From the NCBI GenBank assembly GCA_038144055.1, contig JAYQNB010000003.1:1269-65268 (forward strand): a stretch of DNA of 64,000 bases, in the 5' to 3' direction. Below the pieces are notes generated by a model that searched no databases, was not told the origin of the DNA, and was given only the letters and a program-made list of their open reading frames with translations. Source of the DNA: Alphaproteobacteria bacterium (GTDB lineage: Bacteria > Pseudomonadota > Alphaproteobacteria > Puniceispirillales > Puniceispirillaceae). Positions within the stretch are counted from its first letter, which is position 1, and each line of letters begins with the position of its first letter. The translations under genes were made by a program, and so were the position numbers. Shown in pieces: positions 10,807-21,035 of this stretch.

Positions 10807-11700
10807 ATGGAGATTAACTTGAAACGAATTATCGGTGCCCTTGCTCTCTCGCTGCTTGCTTTTGCCGCTCCGGCCTCAGCGTCCGACCGGTTGCAGGTTG
10901 TGGCAAGCTTTTCAATTCTCGGCGACATGGTGCGGCAGGTGACCGGCGATCTGGCGGACGTCACCACAATCGTCGGACCTGATGCCGACGCGCATCTCTA
11001 CCAGCCGAATACGGCAGATGCCAAAGCCGTGGCGGGCGCGGATATCGTGTTCGTCAACGGCCTCGGCTTCGAGACCTGGTCGGACGCCCTGATCAATAAT
11101 GCCGGCGGTGATGCAAGCGTGGTTGTGGCAACTGCCGGCGTCGAGCCGATCCTTGTCGATGGCGAGATCGATCCCCATGCCTGGAACGCGCTGACCAACG
11201 GCGTCATCTATGTCGAGAACATCGCCGCTGCGATGGCCGCGGCGGATGCCGGCAATGCCGATGTCTACAAGGCGAACGCGGCGTCATATATCGCACGGCT
11301 GCGTGCCCTTCATGCCAGCGCGGCAGGCACATTCGGATCGCTTCCGGAAGGTGGTCGCACTGTGGTGACGGCACATGATGCCTTCGGCTATCTGGCTGAT
11401 TCCTACGGGCTGAACTTCCTGGCGCCGGTCGGCATCGATACCGAGGCAGAGCCGTCGGCGAGCGAACTTGCCGCCCTCATTGCCCATCTTAAGAAAACCG
11501 GAGCCGGCGCGCTGTTCGTCGAGAACATCACCAGCCCGGCGCTGATCGAGCAGATTTCAAAGGAAACCGGGCTGAAGATCGGCGGGCGCCTGTTTTCCGA
11601 TGCGCTGTCGGAACGGGGTGGCCCGGCAACAAGCTATGTTGCCATGTTCGAGCATAATCTGGGGGCGATCATGACGGCCCTTCAGGACAGCGGCAGCTGA
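10807..11700 (+). CDS. Cluster A-I metal ABC substrate-binding protein (ZnuA/AztC/TroA-like)
   Basis: Signal peptide; VVASFSILGD, DAHLYQP, NGLGFE, DPHAW, HDAFGY, FSDAL. Confidence 0.92.
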   Translation: MEINLKRIIGALALSLLAFAAPASASDRLQVVASFSILGDMVRQVTGDLADVTTIVGPDADAHLYQPNTADAKAVAGADIVFVNGLGFETWSDALINNAGGDASVVVATAGVEPILVDGEIDPHAWNALTNGVIYVENIAAAMAAADAGNADVYKANAASYIARLRALHASAAGTFGSLPEGGRTVVTAHDAFGYLADSYGLNFLAPVGIDTEAEPSASELAALIAHLKKTGAGALFVENITSPALIEQISKETGLKIGGRLFSDALSERGGPATSYVAMFEHNLGAIMTALQDSGS

Positions 11701-11720
11701 TACTGGACCAGCCCCGGCGC

Positions 11721-11762
11721 GGAGAACCCGGCCTGGAGAACCCGGCCTGGAGAATTTGGCCT
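11721..11762 (+). repeat. 14-bp tandem repeat x3 between convergent operons
   Basis: GGAGAACCCGGCCT GGAGAACCCGGCCT GGAGAATTTGGCCT. Confidence 0.8.
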
Positions 11763-12510
11763 AGAGGATCTGGCTGAGGAATTCCTTGGTGCGCGGGTCC
11801 TTGGCTTTGGAGAAGAAGGTCGCCGGCGGGCCGTGCTCGACGATCACGCCATTGTCGGTGAAATAGATATGGTCGGCGATCTCGCGTGCGAAGCCCATCT
11901 CGTGGGTTACCAGAATGCAGGTCATGCCCTCCTGAGCAAGGTCCTTGATGGTGACCAGAACCTCTTTCACCGTTTCCGGGTCGAGCGCGGCGGTCACCTC
12001 GTCAAACAGCATGACATCGGGGCTCATCGCCAGTGACCGGGCGATGGCGACGCGCTGTTGCTGGCCACCCGACAGTTCACCCGGATAGGCGTCTTCCTTG
12101 CCCTCGAGACGGACCTTCTTCATCAGCTCGCGGGCGCGCTGGCGGACCTCCTCTTCCTTTTCCTTCAGCACCAGCATCGGCGCCATCATGATGTTCTCCA
12201 TCGCCGTCTTGTGCGGGAACAGATTATATTGCTGGAACACCATGCCGACCCGCTTGCGAAGCGCCAGCTTGTCGAGATTCGGGTCGGTCAGGTCGATGCC
12301 ACGAACCTTGATTACGCCGCCCTGAATGTCGTTCAGCGCATTGACGCAGCGGATCAGGGTGGACTTGCCCGATCCCGACGGCCCGATGATACAGACAACC
12401 TCGCCCTTCATCACATCGAGCGACACGCCCTTCAGCACCTGCAGGTCGCCGAAATATTTATGCACATCCCTGATCGAGACGATGGGGTCCTTTTCGGTCC
12501 ATTCAGCCAT
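11761..12510 (-). CDS. Polar amino acid ABC transporter ATP-binding protein
   Basis: GPSGSGKST, LSGGQQQRVAIAR, FDEVTAALDPE, VTHEMGFA. Confidence 0.95.
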   Translation of the reverse strand: MAEWTEKDPIVSIRDVHKYFGDLQVLKGVSLDVMKGEVVCIIGPSGSGKSTLIRCVNALNDIQGGVIKVRGIDLTDPNLDKLALRKRVGMVFQQYNLFPHKTAMENIMMAPMLVLKEKEEEVRQRARELMKKVRLEGKEDAYPGELSGGQQQRVAIARSLAMSPDVMLFDEVTAALDPETVKEVLVTIKDLAQEGMTCILVTHEMGFAREIADHIYFTDNGVIVEHGPPATFFSKAKDPRTKEFLSQIL

Positions 12511-12519
12511 GGGTGCCTC

Positions 12520-13446
12520 CTAGAGCTTGACCGCGTACCGGCGTTCGAGCGCGATGGTGATGCGCGCGATCGGGTAGCAATAGATGAAGAACAGGACCAG
12601 TGCGAAGGAATAGAACGGCACCAGCAGTTCGGGGTGATTGTTCTCGGCCTCCATCGCCTGGCGAGACAGGGTGATGATCTCCTCGACCCCGAGCAGCGAG
12701 CAGAGCGGCGTCGCCATGGTCAGGATGGCGTACCAGTTCATCCAGGGCGGGATCATCCGCTTGAAACATTGCGGCGGGATGATCCGCCACATCGTCTGGC
12801 GGCGCGTAAAGGCAAGGCTTTCCGAGGCTTCCCACTGCGCGGTCGGCACCGACTGCACGGCGCCGCGCACGATTTCGGAGATATTGGCCATGATCGGCAG
12901 TGACAGGCCGAAGACCGCCTTCATCCAGTCCGGAATCGAGATGATATAGCCGAAGATCACGAGCTCGAACGGCAGCGCCAGAAGCACGATGAACAGGATC
13001 ACCAGCCAGGGCGAATTCCGGAACAGCTGCGTGAAGAACCAGGACGGCCGGTTGATCATCGCAAATTTCGACACCTGGCCAAGACCGAGCGCCGCTCCGG
13101 CCAGCGTGCCGAACAGCATCGCGAACATCGAGATCAGAATGTTGAACAGGAATCCCGACATGAACAGGAACGGCACCCATTTGCCGAGGGTCCCGAAGGC
13201 CGTTATCACGGTGAACTTGCCGGCGGCCTGAACATAGAACGGCCAGAGCAGGATCGGGGCCATCAGCACCAGCACGGTCCACCAGGGAAGATTGGCAAGC
13301 CACTGGGTGGCGGTCGGTCCGGCCACCGGCCGTGCCAGAGGCTTCAGCACCGGAAGGTCGGTCGTGGCAGCACGCCCGATCCCGGGGATTTGTGCGCCGG
13401 GGATTTGTGCACCGGGGATGGCGCGTCTTGTCCTGCTAGCTGCCAT
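12520..13446 (-). CDS. Polar amino acid ABC transporter permease
   Basis: FRNSPWLV, SEIVRGAVQSVPTAQWEASESL (EAA loop). Confidence 0.92.
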   Translation of the reverse strand: MAASRTRRAIPGAQIPGAQIPGIGRAATTDLPVLKPLARPVAGPTATQWLANLPWWTVLVLMAPILLWPFYVQAAGKFTVITAFGTLGKWVPFLFMSGFLFNILISMFAMLFGTLAGAALGLGQVSKFAMINRPSWFFTQLFRNSPWLVILFIVLLALPFELVIFGYIISIPDWMKAVFGLSLPIMANISEIVRGAVQSVPTAQWEASESLAFTRRQTMWRIIPPQCFKRMIPPWMNWYAILTMATPLCSLLGVEEIITLSRQAMEAENNHPELLVPFYSFALVLFFIYCYPIARITIALERRYAVKL

Positions 13447-14188
13447 AGCCCGGTATCCTCATGCTGGATTCCCACTTGCTCATGCTCATCACCAGAATGC
13501 CGACAAGCACGACATAGACAACGAAGACCAGAAGCATCGTCGGATAGAGCGCCGACGGGTAATCGTTCCAGATCGTCACGGACTGGTAGAGCAGCTCGGG
13601 CACGGCGATGCCGAAGGCCTGGGTCGTGGTCTTCACCAGATTGACAAGATTGTTGTTCAGCGCCGGAAGCGAGACCCGCAACGCCAGCGGCAGCACCACA
13701 TAGCGATAGGACTGGCTTCGCGAGAAGCCGAGGGATTCGGCCGCTTCGCGTGTGCTTTCCGGCACAGCTTCGATGCCGGCACGGAAAATCTCGACATTGA
13801 AGGCGCCGGCGAAGAAGGACAGCGAAATGATGGCCCAGCCGACATTCGAGATGATCGGCACCTCGAGCCAGCCGTCAGGGCTGTAGGTCGGGGTGAACTG
13901 GCCAAGCGCGAAATAGAAAAACAGCAGCTGCACATAGGGCGGCGTGTTCCGGAAGAACTGGATATAGCCCTGAACGATGCTGCGGAGAATGACGCTGCGG
14001 CTTCCCTGTGCGAAGGCGCCGAGAACACCGATCACCATCGACAGCACGAGACATGCCAGCGACAGCTGGATGGTCATCCAGATTCCCGAGAGGATCTTGC
14101 CCTGCTGGACAGGCTGATACATCCAGATGAAGTTCCATCTGGGGTAATCCTCGGCAATCTGCCTGAAAAATTCTGCGATAAATTCCAT
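13436..14188 (-). CDS. Polar amino acid ABC transporter permease
   Basis: FRNTPPYVQL, EIFRAGIEAVP..EAAESLG. Confidence 0.92.
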   Translation of the reverse strand: MEFIAEFFRQIAEDYPRWNFIWMYQPVQQGKILSGIWMTIQLSLACLVLSMVIGVLGAFAQGSRSVILRSIVQGYIQFFRNTPPYVQLLFFYFALGQFTPTYSPDGWLEVPIISNVGWAIISLSFFAGAFNVEIFRAGIEAVPESTREAAESLGFSRSQSYRYVVLPLALRVSLPALNNNLVNLVKTTTQAFGIAVPELLYQSVTIWNDYPSALYPTMLLVFVVYVVLVGILVMSMSKWESSMRIPGYGS

Positions 14189-14201
14189 GGCACCAAAATC
14201 A

Positions 14202-14226
14202 GCCCCGCCGGAAGGTCCGGCGGGGC
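14202..14226. terminator. GC-rich stem-loop between SBP and permease genes (mRNA stabiliser or partial terminator)
   Basis: GCCCCGCCGG-AAGGT-CCGGCGGGGC, perfect 10-bp stem. Confidence 0.6.
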
Positions 14227-14246
14227 GTCACTCTTTGGGGACAGGC

Positions 14247-15090
14247 CTAGTCGGCCAGCCAGTCTTTCATGCGAGCCTGGTAATCAACCAGATACTTGGT
14301 CGCCTTGATGCCCCACTTCTTCTTCGAGGGCGATCAGCGAACCGTCCTGGTGCCACTGGTACTGCATGCCGGACATGAAACGGCCGAAGACACAGTTGCG
14401 CTCCTTGGAAGGAACGGCCAGGGCCCACGGGTTGTCATCCTCGGAGTTCAGCGGCATTTCGAATTCGTCCCACTCGCCGGAGCTGAGGTCGGAGCCGATG
14501 GAGGAATCATCATATACCCAGGCGATGCACTTCTTGTCGCGAAGCGCCTGCTTGGCCTCGGCGTTGCCGGTGAAGGCAATGATCTTGGCGCCATAACGCT
14601 CTTCGACGATCTGGTTGTAGAACGCGCCCTGCTTGCCGCAGACCGGCTTGCCGCGAAGATCTTCCCAGTTCTTCAGGCCAAGCGCCTTCGGCGACATGAT
14701 GTTGGTGCCGGAGGTATAGTAGTTCGGACCAACAATGCCGACGATCTCGCGACGGTCCTTTCGATCCGACATGGTGGCGATCATCAGGTCGATCTTGCCC
14801 TGCTCGAGAAACTGCATGCGGTTCGATGACTGCACGGCGACCAGCTCGAGATCGACGCCCATCTTCGCTGCAACGTCCTTGGCCATGTCGATTTCCATGC
14901 CGACGATATCGCCGCTTGTGTCACGGAAGCCCCACGGCTTGTAGTCGGCCTTCACGCCGACAACGATCTTGCCGCGTGACATCACCTTGTTCCAAACCTC
15001 GTTCTTGCAGCCGTGGCCGTCTGCCGACACCGCCATCGGGGCCAGAGCAAACGCACCTGCAAGTGCGGAAGCCAAAAGTCTTTTCATCAT
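14247..15090 (-). CDS. Polar amino acid ABC substrate-binding protein (family 3; frameshift near 14320)
   Basis: Signal peptide; GVKADYKPWG, SSNRMQFLEQGKIDLMIATMS; true end KKWGIKATKYLVDYQARMKDWLAD* in the shifted frame. Confidence 0.9.
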
Positions 15091-15125
15091 GGATTTCCCT
15101 TCCCTTGGTTGAGTATGGCGGCTTG

Positions 15126-15989
15126 TCACCGCTCGATATATTCCCCGGTATGCCGAGAGAATAATTCTGTTTTTTCAAGATTAGACTGAATGCTGTCTCC
15201 GGACTTGGCAACCATTAGTCCGATAATCGACTCAAGAAGGTACAGCGCGCCAAGCTGAGACGCGAAAAAATGCCGGTTTGCCGTCGCGGCGACCAAAACC
15301 TCGTCAGCCAGTTCCGCAATTGGCGAATCTTCCGTGTCGGTTATTGCGATGATGCGGGTGCCGCTGTCGCGTGCCGCCTTGGCGAGGGCCAGCGTGCCGG
15401 CGGCATAGGGCATCACGCTCAGGCAGATCATCACATCTTCGCCTGTCAGCTTGCGCACCTGGCTGGCGATGCTCGACGGTTCGACGCCGAGAACCTCCCA
15501 GTTGTCGAAGGCAAGCGAGGATACATATCCGGCATAGGACCCGATATGGCGCTGACCCATCTGCGCATTGACGAAAACACGGCGTGCGCCAAGCGCGACA
15601 TCAGCCACACGCTCGATCGTATCCGGATCAGTATTGACCATCGTCTCGTTGATGTTGCGCATCGATTGCTGGCCATAGGTCACGTGGAAATGCGAATCCT
15701 CGCCGCCGGCGGCATGCCCGACGCGAAGTGCCTCTGCCCGTTCGTGATATCCGCTGTAGGTATCCTTGGCCGCGACCCGGCAGGCTTCTCTCAATCCTTC
15801 GTAATTTTCAAAGCCGAGGCTTCTGGCAAGGCGACTGAAGGTTGGCGGGGCAAGGCCGGTCCTGCCGGCGATCGAACGCATTGACCGGAATGACACCTCG
15901 ATCGGATTGGCTGCCACAAAATCAGCAGCCTGCCGCAATTGCGGCGACAGGTCCGCAGCGTGATCGGCAATGATCTTTTTGAGGTGCAT
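15126..15989 (-). CDS. MurR/RpiR-family transcriptional regulator (HTH plus SIS)
   Basis: LSPQLRQAADFV...PPTFSRLARSLGFENY; IIAITD..SPIA..AD SIS motif. Confidence 0.9.
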   Translation of the reverse strand: MHLKKIIADHAADLSPQLRQAADFVAANPIEVSFRSMRSIAGRTGLAPPTFSRLARSLGFENYEGLREACRVAAKDTYSGYHERAEALRVGHAAGGEDSHFHVTYGQQSMRNINETMVNTDPDTIERVADVALGARRVFVNAQMGQRHIGSYAGYVSSLAFDNWEVLGVEPSSIASQVRKLTGEDVMICLSVMPYAAGTLALAKAARDSGTRIIAITDTEDSPIAELADEVLVAATANRHFFASQLGALYLLESIIGLMVAKSGDSIQSNLEKTELFSRHTGEYIER

Positions 15990-16044
15990 TAACGACGACT
16001 TTCAAACTCTGATGCAGCAGCACAGTGCAATGAACGTAACAGAC

Positions 16045-16070
16045 TTGTAAATTTGTTTCAAATGTTACAA
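16045..16070. promoter_or_regulatory. Candidate RpiR-family operator in the divergent promoter
   Basis: TGTAA-ATTTG-TTTCA (16046-16060) nested in TTGTAA-N14-TTACAA, an AT-rich patch in GC-rich DNA. Confidence 0.5.
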
Positions 16071-16144
16071 TTTCAGGTCGGGCAATGCAAATGCCACATA
16101 TGCGCAACCGGCGCCAAGGAATGCCATTGGCAAGGAGTGTCCTT

Positions 16145-18579
16145 ATGGAGACGCCGCGTGAAAATCTTCCGGCCCACGCTTCTGTCGTCGTGATCGGTGG
16201 CGGGGTCATGGGGTGTTCCACCCTCTATCATCTTGCAAGGGATGGCGTGTCCGACGCGATCCTGCTCGAGCGCAACAAACTGACATCCGGCACAACCTGG
16301 CATTCGGCGGCACAGGTGCGTGCGCTCCGCTCGACCCGCAACCTGACGGATCTGGTGCGCTATTCCATATCCCTCTATTCGCGTCTTGAAGAGGAAACCG
16401 GCCAGCAGGTCGGCTGGATCAACAAGGGCTCGTTGTCGATTGCCACAAACGAGGACCGGATGGTGCATGTGCGCCGGCAGGCGGCGCTTGCCGGGCTGTT
16501 CGGGATGCAGGCCGATACCATTTCCGCCGGCGAGGCGGCCGAACGCTGGCCGTTGATGAATGCGGATGATGTCGTCGGTGCCGTCTGGGCCCGGATGACG
16601 GCCGGGTCAGCCCGTCCGATCTGTGCGCGGCGCTGGTCAAGGGTGCGCGTGCCGGCGGTGCCCGTATTTTCGAGGACACAGGCGTGACCGGCATCCTGAC
16701 AGAGAGTGGCCGGGTTGTCGGTGTCGAGACCGATCGCGGCACTGTCAAATGTGACGCCATCGCGCTGTGCACTGGGTTGTGGAGCCGCGAGGCCGCCGCG
16801 ATGGCCGGGTCCGAAGTGCCGGTCTGGCCGTGCGAGCATTTCTATCTTCTGACCAAGCCGGTGGACGGCATCAGCGGCAATCTGCCGACATTGTCGGATC
16901 ATGACGGGCATCTCTATATCCGAGATGATTCCGGCGGCCTTCTCGTCGGCTGTTTCGAGCCGATGGGCAAACCTGTCGATCCCGAACGGATTGGTCATGA
17001 TTTCGCCTTCCAGCTGTTGCCCGAGGACTGGGACCATTTCGAGCCGATGATGCATAACGCGCTCCACCGTCTGCCTTGTCTTGAGACGGCGGAAGTGAAG
17101 ATGCTTCTGAACGGGCCGGAGAGCTTCACCCCTGACGGCAGCTTCCTGCTTGGCGAGACGGCCGAGACGCGCGGCCTGTTCCTTGGCTGCGGCATGAATT
17201 CGGTGGGTGTCGCTACCGGCGGCGGTGCCGGTATGGCGCTTGCCCATGCCATCCAGCATGGCGCGCCGCCGGCCGACCTTCACGAAGCTGATCCGAAGCG
17301 GTTTGATTCATCCGTGAACAGCGCAGCCGCGCTGACCGCCCGCGCGCCCGAAGCATTGGGGCGGCACTATGAAATCGCTCATCCGGGCCGGCAATGGACC
17401 ACCGCACGAAACCTTCGCACCCTGCCGCTGCATGATGAATGGGTGGCGCATGGCGCGCATTTCGGCCAGGTGTTCGGGTTCGAGCGGCCATTCTATTTCG
17501 GCAAGACGAGCGAGCCTGTGCTGACCTTCGGCCGTCCCGACTGGTTCGACCATGTGGGCGCCGAGGTGACAGCCGCGCATGAGGCGGCAGGGCTCACCGA
17601 ACTGTCCAGCTTTGGCAAGATCGACGTCACCGGGCCTGACGCGCTGCGCTGCCTCGAGGCTGTCTGTACCAACCGTATCGACCGTCCGGTCGGCAGCGCC
17701 TGCTACACGCTGATGCTCCATCACGAGGGTGGGGTCGAGAGCGACCTGACTGTCTTCCGTCTCGGCACGGATCATTTCCGCCTGATGGTCGGCACAAACG
17801 CGGTGAAGCGCGACCTGTCCTGGATCCGCAACAACTGCCCGCAGGACAGCGATGTCACCATCAATGACGTAACCACCGATTTCGCCGTGCTTGGTCTGAG
17901 CGGACCGGACAGCGCCCGGATCGCGACGGCCATCGGGGCGGACTGGATGAACGACATCGGCTATTTCCGCCATCAGGAAGGCCGGATCGGCGACGTGGCT
18001 GTCCGCGCGGCACGGCTGTCCTATGTCGGCGAGGCGGGGTGGGAGCTAACCTGCGCGGCCGGTGACGCAAGGGCGCTGTTCACGACCCTGGCCGCAGAGG
18101 GCGTGGTGCCAGTCGGTGCCTTTGCGCAGACGGCCATGCGGATCGAAAAGGGTTTTCTTGCCTATGGCCATGACCTCGATACCGATGTGACGCCGCAGAT
18201 GGCCGGGCTGGAATTCGCGCTGGCCACCGACAAGGATTTCATCGGCAAGGCGGCTCTCGGCGACCATTCCGTACCGGCAACCAGGCTGATGTCGCTCTCC
18301 TTTGAAGATGAGAGCGCCGTGCCACTCGGCAACGAGCCGGTTCTGGCGGGTGACCGCATCATCGGCAAGACGACATCGGCCGCCTTCGGCTATCGTGTCG
18401 GACGTCCGGTGGCGATCGCGCTTGTCGAGAGCGGCGCCGTCATCGACGGCGGTGCGGTCGAGGTGAATATCGGCGGTGAGCTTGTGGCTGCCCGCATGTC
18501 TATGACACCGCTGTTTGATCCGTCGGGCGCGCGCATGCGCCAACCGCAGGTTGCCATGGCAAAGTCAAAGGTGATGTGA
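16145..18579 (+). CDS. GcvT-family FAD/THF-dependent oxidoreductase (frameshift near 16590)
   Basis: GGGVMG, SGTTWHSAA, NGPESFTPD, SYVGEAGWEL, MRIEKG; joins ORFs 16085..16687 and 16684..18579. Confidence 0.9.
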
Positions 18580-19900
18580 TGTCGAATGTATTTCCGAGGA
18601 GCATGAAGGCAAGCTATCCCGTCGCCGTCGCCGGTGACGGTTGCTACATCATCGACGAGAATGGCAAACGCTATCTCGACGGGTCTGGCGGCGCGGCTGT
18701 CTCCTGTCTTGGCCACAGCCATCCGGCAGTGACCGACGCAATCAAGGCGCAGCTTGATCAACTGGCCTTTGCCCATACCGGTTTTTTCACATCACAGCCT
18801 GCCGAGGCGCTTGCCTCGCTTCTGGTGGAACATGCGCCAGAGGGGATTGAACATGTCTATTTCGTCTCCGGCGGATCGGAGGCGGTCGAGGCGGCGCTGA
18901 AGCTCGCACGCCAGTATTTCGTCGAGACCGGCCAGCCGGACCGGCGCCGTGTCATCGCCAGACGCCAGAGCTATCACGGCAACACCCTTGGCGCGCTGGC
19001 GGCGGGCGGCAACGCCTGGCGGCGGCAGATCTATGATCCGATCCTTGTCGAGACCAGCCATATCGCCCCCTGCTATGCCTATCGCGAGATGCGGGACGGC
19101 GAGAGCGAGGCCGCATTCGCGCTGCGCGTCGCCGACGAGCTGGAGACGGAAATCCTGCGACTTGGTGCAGAGAATGTCATGGCATTCGTGGCCGAGCCGG
19201 TGGTTGGCGCAACGCTTGGCGCGGTGCCGGCGCTGGATGGCTATTTCACCCGTATCCGCGAGATCTGCGACCGGCACGGCGTGCTGCTGATTCTTGACGA
19301 GGTGATGTGCGGCATGGGCCGGACCGGCCATATGTTTGCCTGTGAGGCGGATGGCGTGCGGCCCGATATCCTGACCATCGCCAAGGGGCTGGGTGCCGGC
19401 TACCAGCCGATCGGGGCGATGATGTGCAGCAACGACATCTACCGGGCGATCGAGGCTGGAAGCGGTTTCTTCCAGCATGGCCATACCTATCTCGGGCATC
19501 CGGCGGCCTGTGCCGGTGCGCATGCCGTCGTCACCACCTTGCTGGACGAACAGCTGATCGGGCGGGTCAAGGACCAGGGCCACAAGCTGATGAACGAACT
19601 GCAATCGAGATCGCCGAGCACCCGCATATCGGCGACATTCGCGGACGCGGCCTGTTCCTTGGCATGGAGTTCGTCGAAGACCGCCAGACCAAGGCCCCGT
19701 TCGCGCCCGAGGAGGGACGCAACAAAAGGCTGAAGGCAGCGGCGTTCGAGGCTGGGCTGATCTGTTATCCGATGGGTGGCACCATCGACGGGCGCCGCGG
19801 CGACCATGTGCTGATTGCGCCGCCTTTCATCATCTCCGATGACCAGATCGGCGAGCTGTGTGACAAGCTGGAGTCGGCCATGGCGGTGGCGCTGGCCTGA
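18576..19900 (+). CDS. Class III PLP-dependent aminotransferase (frameshift near 19610)
   Basis: YLDGSGGAAVSCLGH, SGGSEAVE, SYHG, DEVMCGMGRTG, IAKGLG, HGHTY, DIRGRGL. Confidence 0.92.
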
Positions 19901-20005
19901 AATCCGGCGGAAAACCGCCGTTGCAGGCGCGTCATCTTGTGCCACTGAAACCCGTTTGTTTTTGTACCGCGCCCCGCTAGGCTCATTGCCAGAGGAGGCG
20001 TGTAC

Positions 20006-20308
20006 ATGAAATTCCCAAATTGGCATGACAGGCCGGAACAATTCAGCCCGGGCGAGGCCGCCAACGGCAAGCTGGACGGTCATCATTTCATCCAGATGGC
20101 AGACCAGTTCATCTCGCTGGCGAACAAGCGCAACCGCAAGGTCGATGCAACAGAAATCCAGATGGTGATGCTCTTCGCGGCCGCGCGCTATGCAGCGCAT
20201 GTCGGCAAGAATGTGATCGAGGCACCAGATCATGAAGAGTTCATCAAACATATGGCAGGCCAGTATGCAGACATGCTGCGCGGCCACCTTGCCGACCCGA
20301 ACGTCTGA
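20006..20308 (+). CDS. DUF3144-like small protein
   Basis: FIQMADQFISLAN...MLFAAARYAAH pattern recalled for DUF3144; GGAGG RBS. Confidence 0.65.
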   Translation: MKFPNWHDRPEQFSPGEAANGKLDGHHFIQMADQFISLANKRNRKVDATEIQMVMLFAAARYAAHVGKNVIEAPDHEEFIKHMAGQYADMLRGHLADPNV

Positions 20309-20319
20309 CTGTGCTGGTG

Positions 20320-20717
20320 ATGGACAGCTGGTTTGACAGATGGCAGGCGGCCCTGATCCGGGGGTGTTGTTCCCGCTCGCAGTGATGGTGCCTGGCATCG
20401 CCGCGGCCGATGCCGAGCGCGGTCGCGAGGTGGCGGCGACCCATTGCACGCGATGCCATGTCGTCGGCGATATCAACCCCTATGGCGGCATTGAATCGAC
20501 CCCGTCCTTCATCGGCATGAAACGGCTTGCCGACTGGGAGCGCCGCTATGCCGAATTCTATATCCTGCCGCCGCATCCGGCGCTGGTCCGGATTGAAGAG
20601 GTAAGCGCCGAACGGGACGAGGAGCGCCCTGCCTTCGTCACCGAAATTATCCTCACGCTTGATGATGTCGATGCCATCCTCGCCTTTGTGAAAACCCTTC
20701 CGGCGCCAGCGCCCTGA
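20320..20717 (+). CDS. Exported monoheme cytochrome c-like protein (probable 5' frameshift)
   Basis: Signal-like N-terminus, CTRCH heme motif, TPSF, PPHP. Confidence 0.75.
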
Positions 20718-20743
20718 CCAAACCTGACCTGACCAAACCTGAC
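20714..20743 (+). repeat. 15-bp tandem duplication at a stop codon
   Basis: CTGACCAAACCTGAC x2. Confidence 0.75.
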
Positions 20744-20798
20744 CCATTCAGACCAGATCCGGCACCGGCCGGTATCATCAGTAAACGGAGATACAAAA

Positions 20799-21035
20799 AT
20801 GAGCACAGCATCACGCGATGATATGAGCGAGTCCGAAATCGCCATGCGCAAATTCCTGAAGCAGCTTGGCGTCACCGCGCACCAGGTGCTGGAAAGCGCG
20901 CTGGAGGAAGCTGTCGCAGACGGTAAAATCGAAGCTGACGGGCAGGTGCCCGTCGTCGCTACAGTCACCATTGAATCGCTTGGCGTGACACATCGCGTGG
21001 AAGCAACCCTGCAGGCCCCTGGCGGCAATGGCTGA
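20799..21035 (+). CDS. DUF6494-like small protein
   Basis: MRKFLKQLGVTAHQVLE motif; GGAG RBS; coupled to the Mrp gene. Confidence 0.65.
   Translation: MSTASRDDMSESEIAMRKFLKQLGVTAHQVLESALEEAVADGKIEADGQVPVVATVTIESLGVTHRVEATLQAPGGNG

Noticed and set aside
11721-11762. Short direct repeats as a CRISPR array
   Set aside because: 14-bp units with no spacers, and no cas genes in the window.
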